This document shows positions 24,301-35,500 of a DNA stretch of 64,000 nt, one piece after another. The notes under the pieces were generated by a model. It saw only the letters and a program-made list of their open reading frames with translations, had not been told where the DNA came from and did no database searches. Origin of the DNA: Amoebophrya sp. A120 (lineage: Eukaryota > Protista > Dinoflagellata). A program made the position numbers and the translations under genes. Location: NCBI GenBank assembly GCA_905178155.1, contig CAJINV010000003.1:10411732-10475731 (forward strand), given 5' to 3'. Position 1 is the stretch's first letter. Every line of letters starts with the position of its first letter.

Positions 24301-26050
24301 CTTATAGACGTCGATAGGAGCGACAACGCAACAGACAAAGTGTTCATGGCTGAAGGCGGGATCCACTGCAAATGTGTGAACGCAGGATTTTCGTCTGCAG
24401 GTGGCCGAGACAAATTCGTTGCGCCAACGTTTGATGCCTACGATCAGGGGTGGTTAAACGGAGGTGATGACTTTTCCGATACGGAATACGGAGTGGGCTA
24501 CGCGTACTTCCCTTTTTTTAAAAGTAGCGTCTCCGTCGGGCGGTTGAAAGTTGTCACTTTGGAATGAGAAACAGTCTACAGGTCGTACAGGATGTAGTAG
24601 TAGTAGTAGGACTACTTAAAGGCACGTAGAATTAGAAAAAAGTAGAACTGGAAACAGAAGTGAGTGTTTCAAAATCTTGAACCGATTTGACCCGCCTGAT
24701 TTTCTTGGAGCACCCTGCATGCGCGATTTTGACAAAACTGAACGAAGAGCTTTCGTTGTTCATCTCACAGGTCTGACTATGGGGGCATCTCAGACTACGG
24801 AGAGTATTGCTTCGCCTGGGAAGATATCCTGTGCAAAAGTATCGCACTCGTATTGCAGTCATGCTTTACAAATCTCTTTCGTAAGGTGAATCAGCATTAC
24901 AAATTTCATTTCTCATGCTGAGTGGTGCATTTGCATACGAGTGCGATAATTTTCCAACTCATAGAAGATATCCTTTGCATACCGATGGCGGTCGTACTCC
25001 TTTGGAGGAATTCAGTTGCAGAATCTGCATCGTAGCAAATCAGCACTGTAAATGCTTATCGTTATCCTCTTACCTTTACATTTACTATACAACGGTGCGG
25101 TGTCTGAGTTGCGGAAATCTGTGTAATATGCAACTTTCCTGCAGCGTGTATACAACGCATCACTACAGGTCAAGCAGAAGCACGGCATCAAAATAAAAGT
25201 AGAAGCTCGCTCCGCCTACTATCGTGTGTACCCAGACTTGGCTTTGATTTCTGGTGGACTTTGCATTGCAATATACGCATTTTTCCATCGTGCGGCCGCC
25301 TACAATAGTTTTGCAATGCAGCGAGGATGAGACCGTTGGTGGTAAATCCGGGGACTTTCCTGAGTGCAATCCAGTAGTGATGACTAGCAGGATATCAAGA
25401 TGAAAACTGCCTCAGCCCAACAAGTTGAAGTTTCGAGAAGTGGTTGCTTTGCAAATTGAGAAACTTGACACGCGGCAGAAACACCTTGTTTGTCTGCCGT
25501 AGCCGTGTGAGCAAATTGCAACGCAGCAGTGGCGCTGCGATGTGAAACAGTGCTGTAGTTCACATTCTCATACTCATGATCGACAAAAAGGCTTTCAGGG
25601 TGGGTCGTAAATATTTCCTATGCCTGGGCTTGGGCTGGGGACTCTCGCCATTTTGATCCAAGACCGAGGTCGTTGATACGTTCAACATGTATGCATTGCA
25701 TATATGATGTCTTGGTCTGGAAGGTTGCAACATCGGAAGCTGTCTTTGGATTCTAAAAAAATAAAAAAAAATCAAGAACAGCGCCCGTATTGCATGACCA
25801 GCAAGAGGCGTTCAGTTTGTGCTACGCGGGGAGCGCATTTCTCACAGGCGGAATAGGCATCAGGATGGAAGCCCTCGAAAAATTTGTGATGCTAGGGTGT
25901 GCGTCGTGGGTCATGCAGAATATGCATGACAAGGCTGGCATCAATCTCGCAGACCCAGACACGTTTGCAGTGGATAACATAACAAACGGACATAAAAGTG
26001 TTTTTGGTCGTGGTGCAGCTTCTTTGACTTTGACAATACACTGCATCAGT
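18400..26050 (+). CDS. Multi-exon uncharacterised protein with an N-terminal hydrophobic segment, interrupted by two large TIR elements; limits uncertain
   Basis: Frame is restored across both elements (LSHYA|NSCTG and HPVIG|AAANGGNSS); further exon-like blocks at ~24400, 24650, 24915 and 25790. Confidence 0.45.
18573..21974. mobile_element. 3.4-kb TTAC...GTAA TIR element with 8-bp TSD, inside an apparent exon
   Basis: TIR TTACTCCGAAAGC/GCTTTCGGAGTAA, extending imperfectly inward; CACTATGC at 18565-72 and 21975-82. Confidence 0.92.
20390..20540 (+). ncRNA. Candidate structured RNA module, copy B (inside the 3.4-kb element)
   Basis: ~150 nt shared with 33546-33695, with stem-preserving substitutions. 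Confidence 0.5.
22526..23859. mobile_element. 1.33-kb TTAC...GTAA TIR element with 5-bp TSD, inside an apparent exon
   Basis: TIR TTACAAACGGCG/CGCCGTTTGTAA; GATCG at 22521-25 and 23860-64; internal GCCAAAACGAG 11-mer arrays in both orientations. Confidence 0.92.
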
Positions 26051-27283
26051 ACAGGAGATGCACAAACAAATTTTTAGAGTATGATTTACATTTTTTTGAT
26101 GTTCGAAGTCGAGCACCTCCGTTTCAGGTCTGGTTCTGTCCTAGTCACAGGGACTGTGTCCAATAAAGTGCCCGTGTTAACATCAGATGCTGGAGGCGCG
26201 CATTTTTGTCGTATTGTGCCATCTAAATAAGAAGATGAACAAGAGCAGTCAGGACCAGGAGATGCTCGGTTGATAGATGTTTTTCGCATGGAACTAACAT
26301 TCACCACCACTATCACGCAGTTGCATCCGGCGATGGCCTCACTTTTTGCTCAGGATAGCATCAGACGCAGTTTGACGAGTTTGGTATAGCACGCTCAGGT
26401 GTTACAATCTCATTTTTTGTACTGTGAATGTCGATGGACAGGTTAACGGGTTTTGTCTTGCATGAACAACAAACAGGACGTCGAACGCGCAAAGCCAAAG
26501 TTTTTCCTTTGTCTTTGTTATGTATAATAATGCTAATTCCAGCGGGCGGCAGCGGCTCAGGTGTTGTTTAAGGACGATTAATAATGCAGAACTCGCCACG
26601 CGCATTCCGATTTGGCAAGGAATATTTGATATTTCAGAGTATGGTGCAGTTTTCATTTTTTGGATGGCACCAAAAAAACAAAATTGAAATTAAAATTTCG
26701 GAAAAATGGAAATCGTATCAGCTGAGATTGTAAAAACTCCTGAGCGAGGTATATTTGGCGGGAACACGACGGTAACCGTCACGGTGACACAGGTGATCAC
26801 CGAGGAGAGGAATACGGTAGAAGTGTCAGGCGGGAAGTCGACAGCATGAAATAAGTAGGATTTGTTTCCAGGGCGTAAAAAATTTATTGCCATCGCAAAA
26901 AGTTTGTGTATGTAAAGTAAAAGCAAATCTATCTCTATCTGTATCCTCACCGAATTCAATTCATTTGGAAGAGAAGGAAGCTCGGCCGGTTGCAGGTTTG
27001 CTTCGGCTCGGAGTAGGAGAGGAGGATGCGCGAGACCTAGCAGAGCCTTGGCCTTGCTTCTTCCGCAGCACATAGCACGAAAATTCCTAGTGACTGTCCT
27101 TCAAACAACATCTCCTACTTCTTATAGTTTAAAATCGGCTTGGAACAAGGTCAAGCTCAGCTTCAGACAAATGCGCCAGCACATCTAGGACCCACGGGCA
27201 ATATATAGCGACATTTCGACGGTTGCGGCGCTGTTGTGCCTCTCTAGCACGTCGTGGATCGTGATACACCTGGGGGCTTCTAG

Positions 27284-29768
27284 GCTAGACTTGCTATGAC
27301 GTCCGGCCCGCCAGGCGTAAAGAGGCTTCTGCTGCTCCAGCTTTATGACTCTCTGGGTGGGACCACATGCCCCGGATGTATGGACGAAGAACGTTTCGCG
27401 CCGCCGCCCATTCTGCTATAAACTATATTTACAACCATAACGGGGGGTCTAGTCACCGGCTCTAGAACTTTCTGCCCGCGGCCTTTCAAAAGATGGAAAA
27501 GAAAGGTCGGCCAGACGGGCAACTGGGCGAGGCTCTTGGGAGCGCTCGCCAATTGAATTGCGCCAGCCATTTGGCCTCTGCGGCGCCGGAGCCGCGCTGT
27601 TTCGTTATGATATCTGTTGACCGATATAACGCGAGCGCACTGGCATCGGTCACACGTGAATCACAGGCGGACTCCTCCCGGCAGCTTTCTGATTTATTGC
27701 TATCCTGAGCAGACGAGTCCCGCCGTGTTCCGCGATAGGCTTTGACTTCGGCGCCGAAGCTGGTTGCTGTACCTTTTAGATGCGAAGCATACCTTTGTGG
27801 GTAACCTTTTGCATGGCGGCACTGCGTAGAGGCAAAAACGCGAAGTCGGAAAATGCTGCTTGAAGTCTTAGGCGAAACGCGATGGCCCTAGCGATTTTAA
27901 AAGTTTTCTTTCGGCCTTTTCCGCTACTCCTGGACAATGAAAACTGACGCTACGACGCCACTGCTCGGGCCGCTCATCTTTTGGGCCACGACCTAACAGT
28001 AACAAAGGCAAAAGAAAGCTTTTAAAAAAATTTTGAAACCACGGAGCAGCAAAACACTAGCGGAACCCAACCGACTCCGCCGCCTGGAGCTTCCAAAAAG
28101 GCGGCCGGACTAAGAGCTTTGTCTTGAATGCTCTTTTCGGGCCCATTCTTTTCGGACTGGAAAAAGCTTGGACTTTTTGGCGTCCGCCATAGTACCGCCG
28201 CGCCAAAGTCAGGGGCGCCCCAGCACCGATGGCATTGATTCTGCTGCCGCCTCTTTGCGTTTTTTATACTCTTCGGCGAGCGCTACTCTTTTCTTGCGAA
28301 AGCAATCCGCCTTGGAAAGTGTCGGGGATTGTAGTGTTGGGCCGGCCACCTCCTCTGCGTGCCAAGTTTCTGACCTGGGAGGTAACAAAGGCTCGCCCGC
28401 CGTTTCTGCTTAGCCGTTGCAGGTTTTCGCAACCCGAGCCGCGCCGGCGCCTCCCATACCATGAGCGAAAAGCTTGCAACACCCAGGAGCCGCGCCTGGC
28501 TCTGCTCCTGGGGAAAACTAGAAGAGAAAAAAAAGCAGCAAGGCGGCAGCACTGCCGTCGGTCACTCCTGAATCGCCACGGTGTGCTGCCGTAGCGACCA
28601 CCCCCGACACAAATGGGTCCAAAACGTTCGCGGATGGCGCCCGGCCCTGTAGGACAAAAGGCGGGCAAGTCTTGGCGGCTTCATGTTGTTGGTTTTCTCT
28701 TGTTTCAAAAGTTTTTGAGAAGTTTCCGCGAAGTTCTGGCGGCTTAGTACAGAGCCCCCGTTATGGTTGTAATATTTGTCGTGTGGCGGTGGCGGTGCTT
28801 CCGCTGAGAAACTTGGGGGCACTACACGCTAAAGATTGTCCCACTTATTGAGATTGACGATTTCCCAACGCCTGACGCTGTCATAAGGAACAACACCGAC
28901 CGGCCGGAATGGTGTTCCAAAAAATGGTGCTACATTAAGGAGGTCACGACGCAGCTTGGGCAGGTCAAACTGTACCCGGAACAGCCGAAGTGCTCGAGTA
29001 TGCAAGCGGAAGGTGGAGCGAGCCTTTCAGCAACGACAAGGGGGCTTGGCTACTACTTTCTTGCAGTTTCAGCAAAAAGATGGGGGCAAAAGTTTGCATG
29101 TTTTTTTGTACCTTTTATAATAAAATTTATTTTGCTTTTGTTCGTCACCGAGCAAGCTGTGCGAGGCAGCGTCTAATCTTGCAAGGGAGTGAACACGTAC
29201 TAAAAGCAAAATACTTGGAGAGACGAAAGAGCCGCGTGAAAACCTGGGCGGGCCCGCAGCTAACAGCGAGGTGCTCGGCCCCCAGGTTGCCTCCGGGCCT
29301 ATCGGCCGTGGTGTCGAGGCTTGGGGCCTTGGCCTGGGTTCCTAACACCTGTTCGTGGTTGGCCGCCACGAGCTCAGCTGGAATCAGGCTCTCTTCCGGG
29401 CTTCTTTGTCCTTGGCTCTGCATGGGGCGCTGCTGGCGTCGGATCCGATCTTTCACCTGTAGCCCCACGCCTGTGGCTCTGGCGATCTTCAGCGGGCCGC
29501 GTGCGGCGCCGCAGCGATCATCCGGCCCGTTGCGACCCATCTTCACTGCAATGCAGCAATTTTCGTCAACAACACACCCCTTCAACGAAAATCGCAGCTT
29601 CACCTTAGACTTCCATAGAAAATTTTGATGATGTGACAGCGCGAGTTGATGGCGAATGGACACTCTACTTCTCCAGGAAATATTGCGAGACGGAAAGTCT
29701 GAATGGCCACCACAACAAAACCCTCCACAATCCAAATAGAACAGACGTGGACTTTACAGAGATGAAAA
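27284..29768 (+). CDS. Exons of a Cys-rich, probably extracellular protein (may belong to a larger gene)
   Basis: GT-AG intron 27393-28808 joins TCPGCMDEE|QTWGHYTLK...RPEWCSKKWCYIK; later exon ...WTLYFSRKYCETE at ~29620-29768. Confidence 0.5.
27429..28772. mobile_element. 1.34-kb TTAC...GTAA TIR element within a canonical intron
   Basis: TIR TTACAACCATAACGGGGG/CCCCCGTTATGGTTGTAA; flanks TATAT/TATTT. Confidence 0.85.
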
Positions 29769-32580
29769 GTATCTTCCCTCTACATACGACGTCGTATGCA
29801 TTGACATTCTGCAATTATACCATGCAAGAGCTGCAAGTCGTGCATTTTCGTACATATAATTCCCATTCGTATTTTTTTGAGTTAATGGGTTCGAACACAA
29901 CAACATAGGTCCTTGTCCCACTGTGTTGTTGCGTTGATGTGCCTCGACGTACATGCCGCGAACACAGTTATCAAGACGAGCTGGAGCAGTAGATGAGCTT
30001 GATGTCATTTATCTCACTGCATCCTGCTCCTTTTTTTACTTTTATCTTTCCTGATGGAGGTTGAACAGAATCGCAGTCACCGCGGTTGTGCTTCTGAAAC
30101 AGAGAAGGTCGTGCGGTGTAGTCAGGGAAGACCTTTCTTGTCTATGGGTGACCTGCACCGGCAAGACAACCTGACGTCAATATCCTGCAAAAAAGTAGCG
30201 CACCGAGACTTCAAACTTACCTTGCTACTGCTTGGTCTTGCGTTTTCCTTCTCACTATTGTGGTTGTGGACCTGTGCGACTCAAATCGATCAAGCGCTTG
30301 CGTCTGTACCCTAGATATTATATAGATACACAGTGTTCACTGTTGGTTCTTCAGATCGTCCATTGTCCTCCTTTTGCATGACAAAAAAGCAGACTCCTGG
30401 CGCACAGGTGTTATGATGTATGAGCATGAGGCGCGCGTGCAGTCGGGTACGCATGACGAAAAAAATAACGCCTCTCTACTTTCTAACTCCGCTACAGAAC
30501 GAACCATGATCGGGTTGAACAGTACCAGGGCGAGGGCCTTTTGGGTCCAGGAGGTGTATCTTCTTCATATATTTTGAAGATCTGGGTGCCCTTTTCCACA
30601 TGATGACCAAATACCTCCACAAATCAAGCAGATGGATATGATCGCGACAAAAGTTACCAGCACCAAGAATGCAACTTTCTGCATCCTCCTGCCCTCCAAC
30701 CTACACGATCACGTGCTCTCAAGAGGCACGACTTTGCGTTTATTCCATGATTGAGGGTTCTATGGAGAATTCCGTCAGGCAATCAACCGGCCATCAGACC
30801 GGCAATAAATAGAGCACAGATATAAGCATTAGAGCAGGGGGTGCTGGGCACCATGTTGATCTCGGGCGTAGGCGACGAAGAGAAACACAAAAGTCAACTA
30901 GAGGTAGAGAGTTAATCTGTGTTCAGAATGTCGGCATCAACTTTTGTTTCCATAGTGAGCCGACTTTTTTCGGGACAAGGCGAAATGAGTCGAAGCCCCC
31001 AACAAGTTTTGTGCGGAAGCAACCAGTGGGGATCAATCGGAGAAGACGAGGCCTTCGCGAAATTGAGGAAGAAGACGAGCACCTCAGCCACCTCGAACAC
31101 ACCGCGGACTCAGCAGATGCAGCGTTTGGATTCGTCCAACAAGCCGAACAAAAATTGTAAGCCTTCCTCGAGAAGCATAGGAGAACCAATCTCATCATCA
31201 TGCACACTATCGTTGGAAGCTAGCGGGAACTTCACATCCGTTGGAAGCTAGCGGCGGGCCACTACCAGACGGGATCTGGCGCGGCGTGGGATTAGGGCGT
31301 GGCGCAATTCTGTTTTGCTCACCGTAAAAATCCTGAAGCTCATCCACTATAGCTATACTTGTCGAAAGAAGAGGGATGAGCTTGAGTTAGAAAGAGAACA
31401 AATCGCTCTCTTCCTTGAAATCGCTAGCGAAGAACACGAGCAGTTGGTGAAGTTCTTGGGATTAGTCGTCCCTCATCGCTTTCCTCCCTATCGAAGGGGA
31501 AGCGATGACTTTTTATTTTTTGTTAAAAGCCAAATAGAAAAGCGAAGACGAAGACCACATGGCGAGCGATATATGTCATACAAGTGCAAGGCGACATCGT
31601 CTTCCTACAATTGCACTGATGATTGATAACTAGAAAGTTTGAAAGTGAAATGCTATTAATACAAACTTTTCGTAAAGTAAGACTCAGCATAAAAATTGCA
31701 AATGTACAAATACGAATACCGAAGAAAAGCGCATTTCTATTTTACATCATCATGAAGCATGTACTTGCCAATAAAGATAGAATTGAAAGTGGAAACGGAG
31801 CTGCAGGCGGCATCATGTCTGTCAATTGCACATTTGTCGCCAGGCCGCAAACCTGAAACCTAGAGCAGTAAAAGTAAAAGAAAGTATGAAGAGAATCTTG
31901 ACTGTGATGCTTCAAGAAAGTGACCAGGTGCAGGTCGTGGAGTTTTTTGCGAAAACAAGTCTCTTGCCAAGCAAGTCCAACAACAATGATAGCAGCATCT
32001 TCTTCAGCCTGTAACAGGTTCAGGAGACGAGGACACTCATCGGATTGAAAGATCCGCCGTCCCGGGAGCAGCAGCCTCCCACCTTTACGCGCAGCAACAT
32101 GCAACGAGGACGTGGGGAGCCCCACTCGCTATAAGTGAAAGAGTGTCAAGGCCTTCTCCGGAACCGGAATGAGCATACCCAACATCCATGCAAATGTCCA
32201 GCACACTAAAACATAAACAGTATATTCATACTTGTTAGCGTTACCTAGTTCGTTGTTGCAAACAAGCTGTTGCAAATTCTCTTCAAAAGCGTGCAGAAGC
32301 CGAAGCGTGTCGTGCTGGCCTGTTCTCTTGAAAAATATGCAAGATAGCAAACTACTTCTCGCTTTCTATGCTGCTGAGATTCTGAAATCACTAGAATCGC
32401 GACACCCTTGCACATATTAAGCACAGTGTGGTAAACGATTCCGCGCTAACTTTAATATCGCTCCGGCGCTTGAAGATTTGCGGTCCTCACGATTTTTTTT
32501 TGTATTGAAAACAACGTAAGTAGAAGTGTCTGCATTTCGTGATCTACTCTAGTACTGAAATTCAAAAGCATAAGCATTGG

Positions 32581-35500
32581 ATGTTTTTTCGCATCACCAA
32601 GATGTTTTTTCGTTTCTTTGTGTCTCATGTGCTTAGGGCGTATGCTCTACCGTTGCCGACTTCCACGGCCACTTCCCGTGGTTCGACGCTCGTATTTCTG
32701 TTGTCGTCCTGCGCAACCTTGCAAACTGCGAACAGCGGATCGCTCGCAATAAAATCTTCTGCTCGGAACAAGGAGAGGCGCTACGAGAATGCGCTCGAAT
32801 GGGATTTTTATCTTGCTTTGTCAAGGACTCGTGATGATGAAGGCGACAAGCAGGAGCAGAAATTGATGTCTGGAAAACAGCTGGAGGCTTTGTCTTCTCA
32901 TATCGATTTTGCATCTCGCAATCCCATACTTTTCATCGGCGGCATGGGAGCAAGTATTATCGAAGCTACGCTGAACAAAACCACGGCTCCGCGAGAGTTT
33001 TGCTGGAAAACAGCGGAGAACTACCGTGTGTGGCTCCCCTACACTGGCCTGCTGCCCGGATTCGCAGACTGCTTCTTGGACAATTTCAAGTTGCATTGGC
33101 GAGATGAGGTGGTAGAAGAAGACACTGAGGATCAAGTTCAAGGCGGAGGCGGACGGATTGCTCGTAGCGACCGCTCCGATACTAATTTGATGCGACAAGA
33201 AAGTAGATCCTCGGCCTCACGAGGCGGACTCGCGCCGTCAATGTTTTCAAAGAAAAGACGGACGTCGTCGTTGGTTCTCGATGAGTCAGAGGTGCAAGCG
33301 TATGCGCTCGGGGACAGGATTGCACCCGGCACCGGCGGTCTCACGGATGGTTTGGTGAAAGGGCTGTGGGAGGATTTGGCCAAAGTTGCTACGGACAGCG
33401 TATGGCGCTCTCAACTCTAACATTGGTCGTTGTTGCAATTGCATATTGATAAAATATTTCTTACGTACTAATAGCGTCTATTTCTATTTGTGGCCGGTCA
33501 CTCGCTAATTTCTTAAGTGCTAAGTGTAAGTGTTTCTAACTCGTCCTACCGGGTGGCCGGTCCAGCTAAAACGGTTGGCGAGACGTCATCTGGTGTGCAG
33601 AAGTGTTCCACACCTCTGCAGATATTCTTACCTTCTTGGATTACGTAGCAGTATGCGGGAGGATTTTTCCCGCTCACCTTAAGAAGTGCGCGCGCAATTC
33701 TATTTCTATTTGTGATGGTGCAAGCTCACGCTTTGCAAAGCCAGCAGAAGAAGAAGAAAAACAAAAAGGGAAGCTGCTTGCGCCTTGAGCATTAGAAGCC
33801 CGGCACGGATATCTATGTTGTTGTGCGAGTGCGCATTGAAGACTTATTATCAACGTAGAGCGAAGTAGCTTTATCATGCAAAGAGAGAAACTAGTACGTA
33901 GTAGAGCCTCCTGTGCCTGTAGTGTAATACATGGCATCAAACGTTGAAGCAGCAATTGTGTAACAGCGACGATGGACGTAACGTCTGAGAATTCTATACC
34001 GTGGCAAGTACGCCAAAGACATCAACCCCAAACAGATTAATCTGCTCACCTACGATTTCCGGAAGTCGCCCACGGAGTGGATACGCGACGGCACTTTTGC
34101 ACGCACGAAGCGGCGAATTGAACTGTATGTAGACACGTACAATGCGGGGAAGGCTGCGGTTCTGGTAACTCTGTCGGAAGGGTCCAACTTCCTGCACCAG
34201 TTTCTTGCGTTGTACGTCGACGCGCAGTGGAAATCGCAGTACGTACGCCATTGGCTTTCCCTATCCGGACCTTTCGGGGGCACGCCGGAGCTGACTCGCA
34301 TGGCCTTCTATCCACAGCCCGTCGATGTGTACCACTTGCCCCAGTTGCTGTTTTACATCAAACTTCGAGAGCTGCGAGACGTGTCGATCACTTTCCCTTC
34401 AACTTTGGTGGGCACTCCAACATACCTGACCGCTACGGAAACTCTGGTTGTCGACCACACCGGCAAGAAGTATACCAAGAATGCTGCGGCCTGCTCAGCT
34501 AGAACAATCTCAATCGGAACAAGAATTTGCCGCGACCCAAATAAAGCCGGCTGCCGCGGACGATGAAGATCATGTTCATCAGCATCATCTTACTTTGTGC
34601 TTACTAGCAAAGAATTTATGAAGCAGCTCTGAAATGCTTACTGTAGGGATGGAAAATGTACAAAAGTTTCATACCTATAAAGTACTAGCGAAAAAGTGAT
34701 TATATATCCAAAAAATGGGCCGCATATTTTCCGGCTTCGAAATATGCGGCCCATTTTTTGGATATATATCCACTTTTTCGCCCATATAGGCACTACTTAA
34801 TAGCACGCGGCCGGCTGCTTTTCTAGCACGGTCCGACCGTGCTAGTGGGGACGCCGAAAAATGCAAAGACTGGTCGCCATGGTGCTCATAACAGTGCCCG
34901 ACCGTGTTAGCTAGTACTTTATAGGTATGAAACATTTTGCAGCTTTCCATCCATAGCTTACTTTCAGAACTAGCGACGCCAGCTTCGCCTGTAAGTGAGC
35001 GCATCGAAGCGCTCAAACGCCACCTCGCCAGTTCTAGACAGCAGATTGATCCAAAAAGAAAGAAGTGCCGGCGGTCCCGGAGTTGATTCTGGGACTCAGA
35101 ATCAGACTCGACCTTGATTTTGAGACGTGTTTCCACGTCAGTGAGGCGACCACACTGCTCTTTTCTAGTCGTGTGCCAGGTTGCGAACAGATGCAAGCCC
35201 GCTCCTGTCTATCGAGGAACTGAGTAAGACGCAACGCTATGCGCCACCTAATTCCGTCCGTCCGTTCTCACGTCAGAGAGGCGACCACATTGCTCCTTCC
35301 TAGTCGTGTGCCAGTCCGCGAAAAGATGTAAGCCCGTGGCTGTCTAGCGAGGGACTGAGTAAGAGGCAACGCCAATCACCACCTAATTCTGTCCGTCCGT
35401 TCTGCAACTCAAACTCAAACTCGTTCGCGATTGTGCAACTCATCAAGCTCGAGTTGTCGTGCTTGATTCTGAAACTCAGACTCAAGCTCGACCTTGATTC

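Noticed and set aside
24504-24649. Another +5-rule intron
   Set aside because: A canonical GT-AG join (24504-24645) is also in frame, so the site is uninformative
28805-28807. In-frame TGA readthrough or recoding
   Set aside because: The GT-AG intron 27393-28808 removes it
29145-31250. Minus-strand gene
   Set aside because: ORFs are unrecognisable and neighbouring exons are on the + strand; strand and frame could not be resolved
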